A stretch of 64,000 nt of DNA from Malacoraja senta (Eukaryota): NCBI GenBank assembly GCA_038087875.1, contig CM076001.1:64001-128000 (forward strand), written 5' to 3'. Below are positions 37,455 through 49,809 of this stretch, piece after piece; the stretch's first letter is position 1, and every line of letters starts with the position of its first letter. A model generated the notes under the pieces. The model was not told the DNA's origin. It did not search any database and worked only from the letters and a program-made list of their open reading frames with translations. The translations under genes were made by a program, and so were the position numbers.

Positions 37455-40400
37455 CTGTGTTATGACACGATTAACTGTTCCCAGCGCGGTTTGTAATCCT
37501 AGCGTATGAGTCGTGGTCGCTCTGTGTATTGCCATGTTTTTGTTTCCAAGAGGAGGGATGTAGATCAGTGCATGTTCCTTTAACTTAGTGACCTCACCAC
37601 TACTAACCACTCCCCATTGTCTCTCGTATAATTGTAAGGTCCCCACCTCCAGCCCGCTCTCTAGCTCCAGTGATGACCACGGACAGCTATTGCATAGTGT
37701 GTGTTAGTGATTATAATAAACCATCCATCAGTAAAAGACTCTGTGTAGGAACCAAGTCATTTTACACTATCGCTATAGCTCAGGTCCTCGAGTCCTGGCA
37801 ACATCCTCGCAAATCTCTCTGCACTTTTTCCAGTTTAAATACATCTTTCCTATAGCGGGTGACAAAAACTGAACCCAATACACTAACTGTGGCTTCACAA
37901 GCATATTTTACAGCTGTAACATAACATCCCAACCTCCATACTCAATATCCTGACTAATGAACACTAATGTGGCAAAAGCCTACTTGACTACCTGTGATTC
38001 CACTTTGAAGGAACTATGTACTTGCACACCTAGAGCCCTCTGCCCCACAACACTCCCCAAAGCCCTGCCATTTACGGATAACTATGCCCTACTCATAGCT
38101 TCACACCATGGCAGTTTTGCAGTGTCAGTAATGTCACCTTTAGATGGAAGTGTTAAACTCAGCCCCTAAAGGACCCATTGGTGCTATGCTGAAAAAGGAC
38201 AGGTTAATTGGTCCCATTAATCTGGCCAATAGTTATCCATCAATAAATAAATCAAAAATTAAGAATATTTTTCATTTCATGTACTTTATTTTTTTTTGCA
38301 CTACATCAGATTGTACTAAAATCTTGCACCATCCTTCTCTTTTGCACTTATCATTTTATTTATTGTTGATTTCTCATAATTGCATGTATACTGTTTAGCC
38401 TGTGAACAAGGAATTTCATTGCACACTGGTGTACATGAAAATAAACAAATCTAATTTACTATAAATCAAGGTGCACTATTAAGTTAAGTCCTCGATAATA
38501 TCACATTGCATCCTCTTGAGATTCTGGACTGGGTGAAGATCCTGTAGATTTGTGTAGTGTTTGTCAGTCTAAAAATTGCCACTGTATACAAAGGATTCAG
38601 CTGAAAATAGAATATGGAGGAATAATAAATATGCAAAAAGGAAATATAGGAGCAAATGCAATTAATTAAAAAACAAGAAGCAATAGACAACAAGATCTCA
38701 ATTGTTTAGCTGGGGTTCAAAGAGTGTTGGCCGTGAATTGTAATTTTACACCCCATTGGCATTCCTTTTTAAGAGGGATCTGATGTCATTACAATATGCC
38801 TGCACTCAAGCACAGATGGTTCTCATAAGCTTGTGCAAGGACAGATAGAGCTGTCTGTGAGCAGGTGCTGACAGATACTGTCAGTGAACCAACAAAGACT
38901 TCAGTCAAGTGCTGCAAGCATCTGGCGACTTGGCAGGATCCCAGTTGGGAAGCAGGTGGCCGACCCTCTCCCACTGCTAACTTGGACTTTTTAACAAAAC
39001 ATTCCCTCCATGGATAGGGGCAAATAAATGAATTTTGAATGCAAATGAACCACTAACATCTGCAGCTGTTTTTAAGACTGGGTGAACATCAATGTTAAGC
39101 TTATCCCCACAGTGCTAATAACTCAAGGCAGAAACTTCTCCAGTTTCACATTATAGGACAGGGTGGTGCAGAAAGAAAGTGACCTGAAGTGAGAGGTGGG
39201 TAGAGTTGTGCTCAATTTGTCTACAGAATGGGATGGGGCTGATTCTACTGCTCCATAGATTAGTGGCAGAGATCTGACGTGCTTGAATGGCATATCTGGG
39301 CTTTAACAACTCGGTGTTTCCAAATACAAATGTATACCAATATGAAATTTAAGAAACCCATCTACTTATGACGCCTTCAGCAAGTAAGATGCTTTTTAAA
39401 TGTAGCCACTTTTCCCAAATGGCAATATGAATATGATCAGTCTGAAGAATGGTCTCGACCCGAAACATCACCTATTTGTTTTCTCCAGAGATGCTGCCTG
39501 TCCCGCTGAGTTACTCCAGCTTTTGTGTTTATCTTCAGTGTAAATCAGCACCTGCAGTTCCTTCCTACATATACTCAGATAATCTGTAAATGGGTTTGGG
39601 TCTGACGATAAATATCAGTCTCAGATAAGTCTCAGAGAAAATAGCTATTCTTTTCTTATTCCAATTGTGCTTTTTGCAAGAATAGGCTGAATTGTGGTTT
39701 TTACACGTCATGTTAAAGATGGCAGGTCTGAATGTTCAACTTTTTGAACCATGGCGATATCCTGGTGAAGGTGGTCCCATACAACTGTTGGGTCGGGCGC
39801 TCCAAGAGATCAAACCAGGGATGATGAAAAAATGGTGATATATTTCTGGTGTGAGACTTGGAAGCATCGAGCAGGGACAGGGGTTCCATGTGCTTACCTG
39901 CCCTTGTCCATCTTAGTAGTTGAGATCTCCCCATCAGCCATCGCATACAAAACATCATCCTCCGACACTTTCGCCAACTCCAATGCAATCCCACCACCAG
40001 CCACATCTTCCCATCTCGACCCCTTCCTGCTTTTCGCAGAGACCGTTCCCTCCGCAACTCCCTGGTTCACTCATACCTCCCCCCTCCCCAGGAGATTTTC
40101 CCTGCAACTGCATGAGATGCAACATCTGTCTGAAGAAGGGTCTCAACCTGAAACATCACCCATTCCTTCTCTCCAGAGATGCTGCCTGTCCCGTTGAGTT
40201 ACTCCAACAGTTTGTGTCTATCATCAATGTAAATCAGTATCTGCAGTTCCTTCCTACACCTGTTCTTATACCTCCTCCTCAATTCTATCCAGGGACCATG
40301 ACTGTCCTTTCAGGTGAGGCAGAGGTTCACTTGTACCTCCTCCAACCTCATCTATTGTATCCATTGCTCTTTGTGTGGGCTCCAATATTGTGTAGACTGG

Positions 40401-40526
40401 CCGAACATTTTGCTGAACACTTACGCTCAGAATGCCTTGCCCTACACGATCTCTTGTTTCCAAATATTTTAACTCCGCTTCCCATTCCTATACTGACCTT
40501 TCTGTCCTGGGCCTCTTCCATTGTCA

Positions 40527-40843
40527 TGGGCTGTCCCACTGTACGAACTAATTCAAGAGTTCTCCCGAGTTTCCCCTGATTCGAACTCGGAGAATAACGG
40601 TAATAGCCGCTCGTAGGTACTCGGTGTTCTCGTGGACATTTTTCAACATGTTGAATAATCTTCACGAGTCTTCACGAGCTTACCGCGTTTCCCCAGTACC
40701 TGCCGTTAGCGTTACGAGCCGCTAAGAGACGTCCCAAGCTCCAACGTACCCGCAACGTACATTCTACGTGCTTACCACGCGTTAGATTTTTTTTTTAAAC
40801 TCAGGAGAGCTCTTGGGTAAACTCGTATAGTGGGACAGCCCCT
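40527..40843. mobile_element. Harbinger/PIF-like MITE
   Basis: TIRs GGGCTGTCCCACTGTACGA / TCGTATAGTGGGACAGCCC; flanks TCA / TTA; splits the Penelope sequence cattgtca|gagtgagg. Confidence 0.8.
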
Positions 40844-40935
40844 TTAGAGTGAGGCCACACACAAATTGGAGGAACAGCACCTCATATTTTGCTTGGGCAG
40901 CTTACACCTCAGCGGTATGATGCTGATTTCTCTCA

Positions 40936-40946
40936 TCTATCTATCT

Positions 40947-40991
<45 letters not shown>

Positions 40992-40993
40992 AT
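40936..40993. repeat. (TCTA)n microsatellite at the Helitron array 5' end
   Basis: Visible tandem TCTA run. Confidence 0.95.
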
Positions 40994-43200
40994 TCTATAT
41001 ACTTTTAAAACTCTCTGGCTGTCGTCCGTCTGTACGTCCGACGGCCTGCTTGACTTTGCCGCGCGGCCTTTGATACGGCCCCTGGCCCACGCGGCGCGCG
41101 GAAAGGCCCACGTTTTTCGCCATTTCCAAAGAGATGACATTTATCTTTACGAATAGCCACTCCTGATTAAATTCGGTCCTGTTTATGTACACGTTTTTTA
41201 ATAAAATCCATCCCCCCCCCAACCCCAATGTGATTTTCTCCGATTGTCTCCGATTTTTTCCGAAAACGACGCCATCTTTTTTCCCCCGATTTTTCCCAAA
41301 AACGACGCCATATTTTTTTCGCCGATTTTCACCCCGGGGGTCTGAAGCACGTTCGGGAACAACACCCCGGGGTGTCATCCATCCCCCCACCAACCCCAAT
41401 TTGATTTTCTCCCATTTTCTCCGAAAACGACGCCATCTTTTTTCCCCCGATTTTCTCCGAAAACGACGCCATCTTTTTTTCGCCGATTTTCTCCGATTTT
41501 TTCCGAAAACGACGCCATATTTTTTTCCCCCATTTTCACCCTGGGGTCTGAAGCACGTTCGGGGACAACACCCCGGGGTGTCAAGCACTTTCGGGGACCA
41601 GACCCAACGGGTCTGCACTTGGTCTAGTCTATATACTTTTAAAACTCTCTGGCTGTCGTCCGTCTGTACGTCCGACGGCCTGCTTGACTTTGCCGCGCCG
41701 CCTTGATACCGCCCCTGGCCCGCACGGCGCGCGGAAAGGCCCACGTTTTTCCCCATTTCCAAAGAGATGACATTTATCTTTACGAATAGCCACTCCTGAT
41801 TAAATTCGGTCCTGTTTATGTACACGTTTTTTAAATAAAATCCATCCCCCCCCCAACCCCAATGTGATTTTCTCCGATTGACTCCGATTTTCTCCGAAAA
41901 CGACGCCATCTTTTTCCCCCCGATTTTTTCCAAAAACGACGCCATCTTTTTTTCGCCGATTTTCACCCAGGGGTCTGAAGCATGTTCGGGGACAACACCC
42001 CGGGGTGTCATCCATCCCCCCACCAACCCCAATTTGATTTTCTCCCATTTTCTCAAAAAACTACGCCATCTTTTTTCCGCCGATTTTCTCCGAAAACGAC
42101 GCCATCTTTTTTTTCGCCGATTTTCTCTGATTTTTTCCGAAAACGACGCCATCTTTTTTTCAGCAGATATTCACCCCGGGGTCTGAAGCACGTTCGGGAA
42201 CAACACCCCGGGGTGTCAAGCGCTTTCGGGGACCAGACCCATCGGGTCTGCACTTGGTCTAGTATACTTTTAAAACTCTCTGGCTGTCGTCCGTCTGTAC
42301 GTCCGACGGTCTGCTTGACTTTGCCGCGCGGCCTTTGATACGGCCCCTGGCCCACACGGCGCGCGGAAAGGCCCACGTTTTTCGCCATTTCCAAAGAGAT
42401 GACATTTATCTTTACGAATAGCCACTCCTGATTAAATTCGGTCCTGTTTATGTACGCGTTTTTTTAATAAAATCCATCCCCCCCCAACCCCAATGTGATT
42501 TTCTCCGATTGTCTCCGATTTTCTCCGAAAACGACGCCATCTTTTATTCCCCGATTTTCTCCGAAAACGACGCCATCTTTTTTTCGCCGATTTTCTCCGA
42601 TTTTTTCCAAAAACGACGCCATCTTTTTTTCAGCACATTTTCACCCCGGGGTCTGAAGCACGTTCGGGAACAACACCCCGGGGTGTCAAGCACTTTCGGG
42701 GACCAGACCCAACGGGTCTGCACTTGGTCTAGTATACTTTTAAAACTCTCTGGCTGTCGTCCGTCTGTACGTCCGACGGTCTGCTTGACTTTGCCGCGCG
42801 GCCTTTGATACGGCCCTGGCCCCACACGGCGCGCGGAAAGGCCCACCTTTTTCGCCATTTCCAAAGAGATGACATTTATCTTTACGAATAGCCACTCCTG
42901 ATTAAATTCGGTCCTGTTTATGTACACTTTTTTTAATAAAATCCATCCCCCCCCAACTCCAATGTGATTTTCTCCGATTGTCTCCGATTTTCTCCGAAAA
43001 CGACGCCATCTTTTTTTCCCCGATTTTCTCCGAAAACGACGCCATCTTTTTTTCTCCGATTTTCTCCGATTTTTTCCACAAACGACGCCATCTTTTTTTC
43101 AGCACATTTTCACCCCGGGGTCTGAAGCACATTCGGGAACAACACCCCGGGGGTCAAGCACTTTCGGGGACCAGACCCAACGGGTCTGCACTTGGTCTAG
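40994..43200 (+). mobile_element. Tandem array of four non-autonomous Helitron units (family A)
   Basis: Units 40994-41627, 41628-42262, 42263-42732, 42733-43200; 5' TCTATATACT; each ends with hairpin CAGACCC-aac-GGGTCTG, 8 nt, then CTAG. Confidence 0.85.
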
Positions 43201-44440
43201 TATATAACTAAAACTCTGATCTTGTTATCTTCCGGTTTGCGCGGTCATTCCTTTTGCGCTAAAATGGTACGCGACAGCGCTACAATTTTTGCCAACTTAC
43301 TCACTGTTCTCCTCTGCTGCGATTGCACCAAGTTTCCTTCCGATCGGTGGTCTAATGCAAAAGTTAGCGAAGTTTAAAAATCGCGCATGCACAGATCGAT
43401 CTACTCTCCTGCCAGTCGGCGCCGCGTGGATTGGTCTTTTCTCCTGTCAATCCGGATGATGGTCCACCCCTTCCTGCACATTGCGTCTTTACTGGAGCTG
43501 AGGGAGGCCCTGGATGGCCGGCGGACGTTTCCAAACACACACAATTTTCGGATGGACCTGAAGTGGCCCAACCCGGCATGGAGTCAGAGTCGGAGACTGA
43601 GATGGAGAAGTCGCCAAATGGAAAATCGAGACTTTGGTCCCGGCGGAGGAGAACGTCCAGAGACCAGAGCCTGCTGTGAGTCCACATCGCCCGCTGTGAG
43701 TCCTCCAGCCCTTCCCTTCTGGTCCCCCCTCGCTGGTTCCTGCCCCCCTCCCCATGATACCCCACAACCCCGTCGTTTCTCCGAGCTCTCCCCACACCCT
43801 CCCACCCACCCCCACACTCCTCCCTCTCCCCCAACCCCCCAGTCCCCATAACCCCCTCTCCCACCATATCCCTCCCCCCTGATCACACAACCCTCCACCT
43901 CCTCTGGCTCCACAACGCTCGCTGCTCCCACAAACCCCCCACCCACCCATCCCTACCCCTGCCCCCACCTCTCCCCCCACTATCACCCCTTGCCCCCACA
44001 ACCCCCCTCAACCCCCCACCCACATCCCTCTCTCCCGCCCACCCCGCCTCCCCCCACAACCCCCCTCCCCACCACCCCCCTCCCCCACAACCCCCACCCA
44101 TAACCCCACAACCCCTCCCCCCACAACTCCTCCCCCCACAACCCCCCTCCCCACGCATCCCCTCCCGCACATTACCCTCTCCCTCTCCTACACTCCCCAC
44201 CCGCACACACCCTCCATCCCCTCCTCCCCTCCCACCCCACACCCCCCATCCTCCCCCCCCTCCTCCCCTCCCACACATGTAAAGGAGGGGGAGGGAGTGC
44301 TGGGGGGTGAGGGGAAATGAACCGTGCCTGCACAGTTAGGGGCTATGGGTGAGTGGTGGAATATTGCATTGGGGAATGGGTTGTGTTGGGGGACCAGGCC
44401 TCCCATGTGACTGGGACCCAATGTGTCCCACTTAGTCTAG
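43201..44440 (+). mobile_element. Non-autonomous Helitron (family B) with C-rich tract
   Basis: Starts TATATAACTAAAACTCT (related to the family A start); ends with degenerate hairpin GGGACCCAATGTGTCCC + ACTTAGT + CTAG followed by T. Confidence 0.75.
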
Positions 44441-44870
44441 TTTTAAATAATGCTTCCATTCCCTTTCTACCCCCCTCTCCCACCCTGATCATCCGACTAG
44501 TTTCACTGTTGACATCCTTGTATCCCTTGGCTATCACCTCTTCCCCAACCAACAATGGCCAATATGGACTCCACCCTTCCTTGGTCATCTGTTGCTGGCC
44601 CTGCTTTATTCTGGCCATTTCCTACCTCCAGTTCCCTCCCCTATACTTTCAGTCTGGGGAAGGGTCCCAACCCGAAACGTCACCCATCCTTTTTCTTCAG
44701 AGAAGCTGCCTGACCTGCTGAGTTACACCAGCACCTTGTGTTTATTTTAATGGTAGAGGTTGCTATCAGAGTAAGCATCATAGGGAAGTAACTACAATTC
44801 ATCTTGTCATTGGCACACATTGCGGCCACTGTGGTGTACAGAATAATCATTGAGCCCAATGTTTGGGACA

Positions 44871-45414
44871 CCACTTAAAAAATTAGCGGCGACTAGAATG
44901 AAGCCGCCATGGAGAGTAGCGAGAATTCTCGAGCCATAGGTGGGTCGCCAGGAGGTCCTAGTAGGTTGCCAGGAAGTGGAAAGTTCTCGGAGGTTCTCGT
45001 AGGTTGGAGCCGGTGCTGACCAGTGAAATTCATTGGCTCATTGAGGAAAAAAGGTAAGCAGTAGTTTTAAGAATTAAGGAAAACCGACCGGTAATGTTAA
45101 ATGTCCACCGAGCTTCACTGCCGTGTATCTCAGGCTTCTTAAAAGATGAGTCCACTCCTTCTGCCCCCTCTCCCCCCTCTTTTAAAGGATTTACCATACA
45201 CTTTGCTTTAGCCGTCTTTTTATAGCGCCAACCTTCCTGCTCATCGTGTGTCTGTATCACCTTGGCTTTGCACCATGTGAATGTTTTAGACAGGGCAAGC
45301 GGGGGGAGCGCTGTCTAAAAAATTCACATGGGCTGGTGAAGGAAGCGATGTGTTTGTTTGTGTGTGTTCCACTCTGGCAGTCCGCTGAAACATCGCTAAA
45401 GTGGGACAGGCCCA
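44871..45414. mobile_element. Harbinger/PIF-like MITE, left end eroded
   Basis: Right TIR AAGTGGGACAGGCCCA followed by TTA; only CCACTT remains at left. Confidence 0.5.
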
Positions 45415-45619
45415 TTAGAGGCTTTAGTTTGTCAGGAGATAAATCACTCCACAAGATATAGAGATATCGAGGCATAGATCGCCTTTTTCCTATGCAAGAA
45501 AAGTTAAATACTGGAGAACATTAAGGTAGAGAGGTGGAAATTTTAAGGAAATTTGTGCGGCAAACCTTTTTACACTAAACAGTAGGCGCCTGGAATGTGC
45601 TGCCAGGGGAGGTTATACG

Positions 45620-46670
45620 ATACCCTATATGCACTGTACCTCTATGCATGGGGCCAGCTCCAATGTTTCTTCTCCACTACGAGCTGTTATGGTGCAGAGA
45701 TTCCCAGGAGTGAGTGGAGGTATTGTATTACTTCAAGAAGAAGAACTCATCCTCAAATCTACTCCTCTGTTTGCTGGGAAACTCTCTGCCTTTGATTATG
45801 CTGGTTGCTGAGTGTGAAGTGAGGCAGGCAAACCACTGGAGCTGACAATACAACCAACAGATCCTTCCTCTGAATGCTGGATTTTACAGGCAGTATAGCC
45901 GGTATTTTTTCCTATGGATTGAGTTGCTAGTTTCAGGTTCAAAGCATTTAGAAAGATGGACATCACTATTGCCCAGTAGACCAAGACCTTTGGTCCAAAC
46001 CTGAAGTCTTGATCTTAAAATACCTTTTTTTTCTCAATGGATCAATGGTTGTGCTTTGAATTTGGGTGTTCAGTTTAGTTTATTGTCCAGTCTACAGTGA
46101 AAAGATTTTGTTGGGTGCTAACCAGTCAGTGGAAAGACAATACATGATTACAATCGAGCCATTCACAATGTACAGATACTGAAGAAGGGTCTCGACCCGA
46201 AACGTCACCTATTCCTATTCTCCAGAGAATGCTGTCCAACCCGCTGAGTTACTCCAGCTTTTTGAGTCTATCTTCGGTTTAAACCAGCATCTGAAGTTCC
46301 TTCCTACACATCAATGGAAGGGAGGTTGGTTTGTGTGATGGTGTGGGCTGCATCTACAATTCGCTGCAATTTCTTCAATTTCTTGAAATTTATTAATTTC
46401 ATCATCGACGACTGCTTTCACCAAGAGGTGGCTCCCAAGAGCTGGGATGTGGTCCATGTTTTTCCAGAATCTTGCCGTGAACCTTCATTGTCAGAGAACA
46501 TGCTGTGGTGCAGCAAGGAGAGATTGTCTTGATACCTTTGAACCTATGTCTTGATAACATTGAGTGCGAGGCTTTAGTAACCTTACCAGAGAACTTTGAC
46601 TTCGACCAAATTTCATCTGCATGCTGCAGCACGACTACTACGGCAGTTTGGGTAACTGGAGCACATAGAT
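45620..46670 (-). mobile_element. Highly decayed RTE LINE fragment
   Basis: Minus-strand remnants MDHIPALGSHLLVKAVVDDEI and KVLVYWAIV resemble the RTE RT C-terminus. Confidence 0.55.
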
Positions 46671-46674
46671 GTGA

Positions 46675-48290
46675 AGTATGTAGGAAGATACTGGAGATAG
46701 ACACAAAATGCCGGAGCAACTCAGCGGGACGTCTGGAGAGAAGGAATGGGTGACGTTTTGAGTCGAGACCCTTCTTCAGACTGATGTCAGGGGAGGGGCC
46801 GGGACAAAAATAGAATGTTAGCAGAGACAGTAAGACTGGTGGGAGAACTGGGAAGGGGAAGGGGATGGAGAGAGAAAGCAAGGGCTATCTGAAGTCAATG
46901 TTCATACCGCTGGGGTGTAAACTACCCAAGTGAAATATGAGGTGCTGTTCCTCCAATTTGTGCTGGGCTTCACTCTGGCAATGGAGGAGGCCCAGGACAG
47001 AAAGGTCAGATTGGGAATGGGAGGGGGAGTTGAAGTGCTGAGCCACCGGGAGATCAGGTAGGTTAAGACGGACTGAGCGGAGGTGTTCAGCGAAACGATC
47101 ACCGAGCGTGCGCTTGGTCTGGCCGTGGTAGAGAAGCTGACACCTGGAACAGCGGATACAGTAGATGAGGTTGGAGGAGGTGCAAGTGAACCTCTGCCTC
47201 ACCTGGAAATACTTTTTGGGTCCTTGGATGGAGTCGAGGAGGGAAGTAAAGGGACATGTGTTGCATTTCCTGCAGTTTCAGGGGAAAGTACCTGGGGAAG
47301 GGGTGTTTTGGGTGGGAAAGGACGAGTTGACCAGGGAGTTTCGGAGGGAACGGTCTCTGTGGAAAGCAGAAAGGGGTGGAGATGGAAAGATGTGGCCAAT
47401 AGTGGGATCCCGTTGGAGGTGGCGAATGGGGGAGGGGGAGCAAGAGTGGAGCTGCGGGATATCGAGGAGACCCTAGTGAGAACCTCATGTATAATGGAAG
47501 GGGGGAACCCTTGTTTCCTAAAGAATGATGACATCTCCGATGCCCTGGTATGGAACACCTCATCCTGGGCCCAGATGCGACGTGGACGGAGGAATTGGGA
47601 GTAAGGGATAGAGTCTTTACAGGAAGCAGGGGGGGGGGGGAGAAGAAGTGTAGTCAAGAATGGGAGTCAGTAGGTTTGTTGTAGATGTCGGTCAATAGTC
47701 TGTTTCCTGTGATGGAGATGGTGAGATCAAGAAACGGTAGGGAGATGTCAGAGATGGTCCAAGAGAATTTGAGTGCAGGATGGAAATTAGTGGTGGTTGA
47801 TAAAGTCAGTGAGTTTTGCCTGGGTGCAGGATGTAGCACCAATGCAGTCGTCAATGTAGCGGAGGTAGAGTTCGGGAATAGGGCTGGTGAACGCCTGGAA
47901 CAGGGATTGTTCGATGTACCCTACAAAGAGGCAGGCATAGCTGGGGTCCATGCGAGAACCCATAGCTATGCCTTGGATTTGGAGGAAGTGGGAGGAGTCA
48001 TAGGAGAAGTTGTTGATGGTAAAGACCAGCTCTGCTAGGCAGAGGAGAGTATCGGTAGACGGGGATTGGTTGGTTCTGCGGTCGAGGAAGAAACGGAGGG
48101 CTTTAAGACCCTCCTGGTGGGGGATGGAGGTGTAGAGTGACTGGACATTTGACAAGATGAGGGAGCGGGGGCCTGGAAAATGAAAGTAATTGAGGAGACC
48201 AGGATTGGACCAGGGGGATTGGACCAGGGAGGATAGGATGGAGTCAAGGTAGGCGGAAATTAATTTGGTGGGACCGGTGAGACAGAAGCT
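46675..48290 (-). mobile_element. Penelope-like element (RT + GIY-YIG endonuclease), frameshifted
   Basis: RT VQSLYTSIP, QIQGIAMGS, LRYIDD (47787-48155); YNKPTDSH; GIY-YIG LIYCIRC..LYHGQTKR..RF.EH (46885-47202). Confidence 0.92.
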
Positions 48291-49809
48291 AGTTTACATT
48301 GAAGATAGACATAAAAAATGCCAGAGTAACCCAGCGGGATAGGCAGCATCTCTGGTGAGAAGGAACGGGTGATGTTTCAGGTCGAGATCCTTCTTCAGAC
48401 TGAGGGAGAGGGAGTCTAGACATATGGAAGGGTAAGGTGTGAAAACGACAGATTAAAGCAGATGCTAATAAGGAAATGTAGATTGTTTCATTGTTATGTG
48501 AGGGGAAAGTGACAACGAGGCACACAATCAGTAATATTTAGTCAGGAGGACAATAGAACTAGTTGGGGATCCAGGATGTGGGAGTGATGGAGGGAGGGAG
48601 AAAGCAAGGGTTAGAGACGAGGTTAGAGATTTTGAAGCAGGCAAGGACAGTGCAGGTTTGCAGGGACTGGTTGAAAATGTCTGTGTAGACTGGTGCCAGT
48701 TGTTCGGGCCAGAGCTTGAGGGTAGAGGGGGAAACATTGTCCGGTCGTGAGATTTCCGGCTTTTCTGTCTCCTGAATAGCTTCTCCACCTCCTCAATTTC
48801 CATTGTTAGTGATGTGGCCAGACTGATGTTGGGCAGCAAGGAGGGGGTGGGTAGTGGACGAGGGCCCAGTCCTTGCAGACTGGAGTCAGGCTGTAAGTGG
48901 GTGTGAAGTGATGATTGGAGAGAGGTTGGCTGGATAGCAGGCTGTGAGTAGGTGTGAACATTTAGTGTCTAGATAATTTGCGGGAAGGTTTGTTGATGAA
49001 GTGCAAGGCAAATTTGTTTTTCTACACACAGAGTGGTGGGGGCCTGGGGTGCATTGCCAGAGGTCATGGTTGAGGCAGTTATGATAGTAGCGTTCAAGAG
49101 GGTTTTAGATAGGCACATGGAAATGCAAGGGATATGGGTCATGTAGAGGCAGAGGAGTTCAGCTTAACTTCCCACGTTGTTTGCACAAACATTGTTGGCC
49201 AAGGGCCTGTTCCTGTGCTCTGCTGTTCTATGTTCTATGTTAAAATATCACATCCTGAGGTGTCTTAATGGAGTAAATATGAAGCAACTATTTCCATTTG
49301 TGGGAGAATAGAGACCTGGGGGCACTGTTTAAAAGCAAGAGACCATTTCAGATGGAGATGGGGTGAATTATTTTACTCTTCGAGAAGGGTATGAGTCTGA
49401 AATTCTCTTCCTCAAAGGTGTGCTGAAAGCAAAATCTTTGAACATTTTTAAGGCAGAGGTCGACAGATTCTTGATAAGCAATGGATTGAAATGTTACTAT
49501 GAATGGAGAAGTGAAGTTAGATTAGATCAGATCATGATTTTACCAAATGGCAGACCAGACTTGTGGGATTAAATTCCTACTCCTGCTTCTAATTTGTTTG
49601 TTTGTACGGTCAATGTTCTGTTGAGGAAGGCACATCTACACTAATTGGAATGAAAGAATCAGCTGGGATTGTGGAAATGGAGGTCCATTGACCACGGACG
49701 GTCCACAATCTCCAAAGTCAGATCAATTAACTGAAATAAATAATTAACTAACTAACTGAATTAGCACCTCTTCCACAGCCAACAAAGGACCATTTATTTC
49801 AACATAATT

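Larger units (their letters stand above)
32190..37766 (+). mobile_element. Full-length Gypsy (Mag-like) LTR retrotransposon
   Basis: LTRs 32190-32393 and 37559-37766, identical by eye except a 4-bp CATC duplication; TG...CA ends; 5-bp TSD CTATC; PBS TGGTGTCA at 32394; PPT AAGAGGAGGGA; inserted in a minus-strand CR1 fragment (about 31800-38075). Confidence 0.97.
39920..44745 (+). mobile_element. Penelope-like element fragment hosting a MITE and a Helitron array
   Basis: GIY-YIG remnant (QVRQRFTCTSSNLIYCI; KLEEQHLIFCLGSL); tail resumes at 44441 (tctctca|ttttaaataa). Confidence 0.75.

Noticed and set aside
38484..38602. Minus-strand splice acceptor followed by LNPLYTVAIFRL...
   Set aside because: No recognisable protein similarity and no partner exons.
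40995..43211. Long K/R-rich ORFs (e.g. 385 aa, 40995-42152 minus) and CRISPR-like periodicity
   Set aside because: The ORFs are by-products of tandem repeats; the sequences between repeats are themselves repeated, there are no unique spacers or cas genes, and the context is eukaryotic.
43364..44278. Gly-rich minus-strand ORFs
   Set aside because: Low-complexity C-rich tract with no coding signal.
46494..46675. Possible host exon EHAVVQQGEIVLIPLNLCL...
   Set aside because: It is antisense to a decayed RTE RT fragment.
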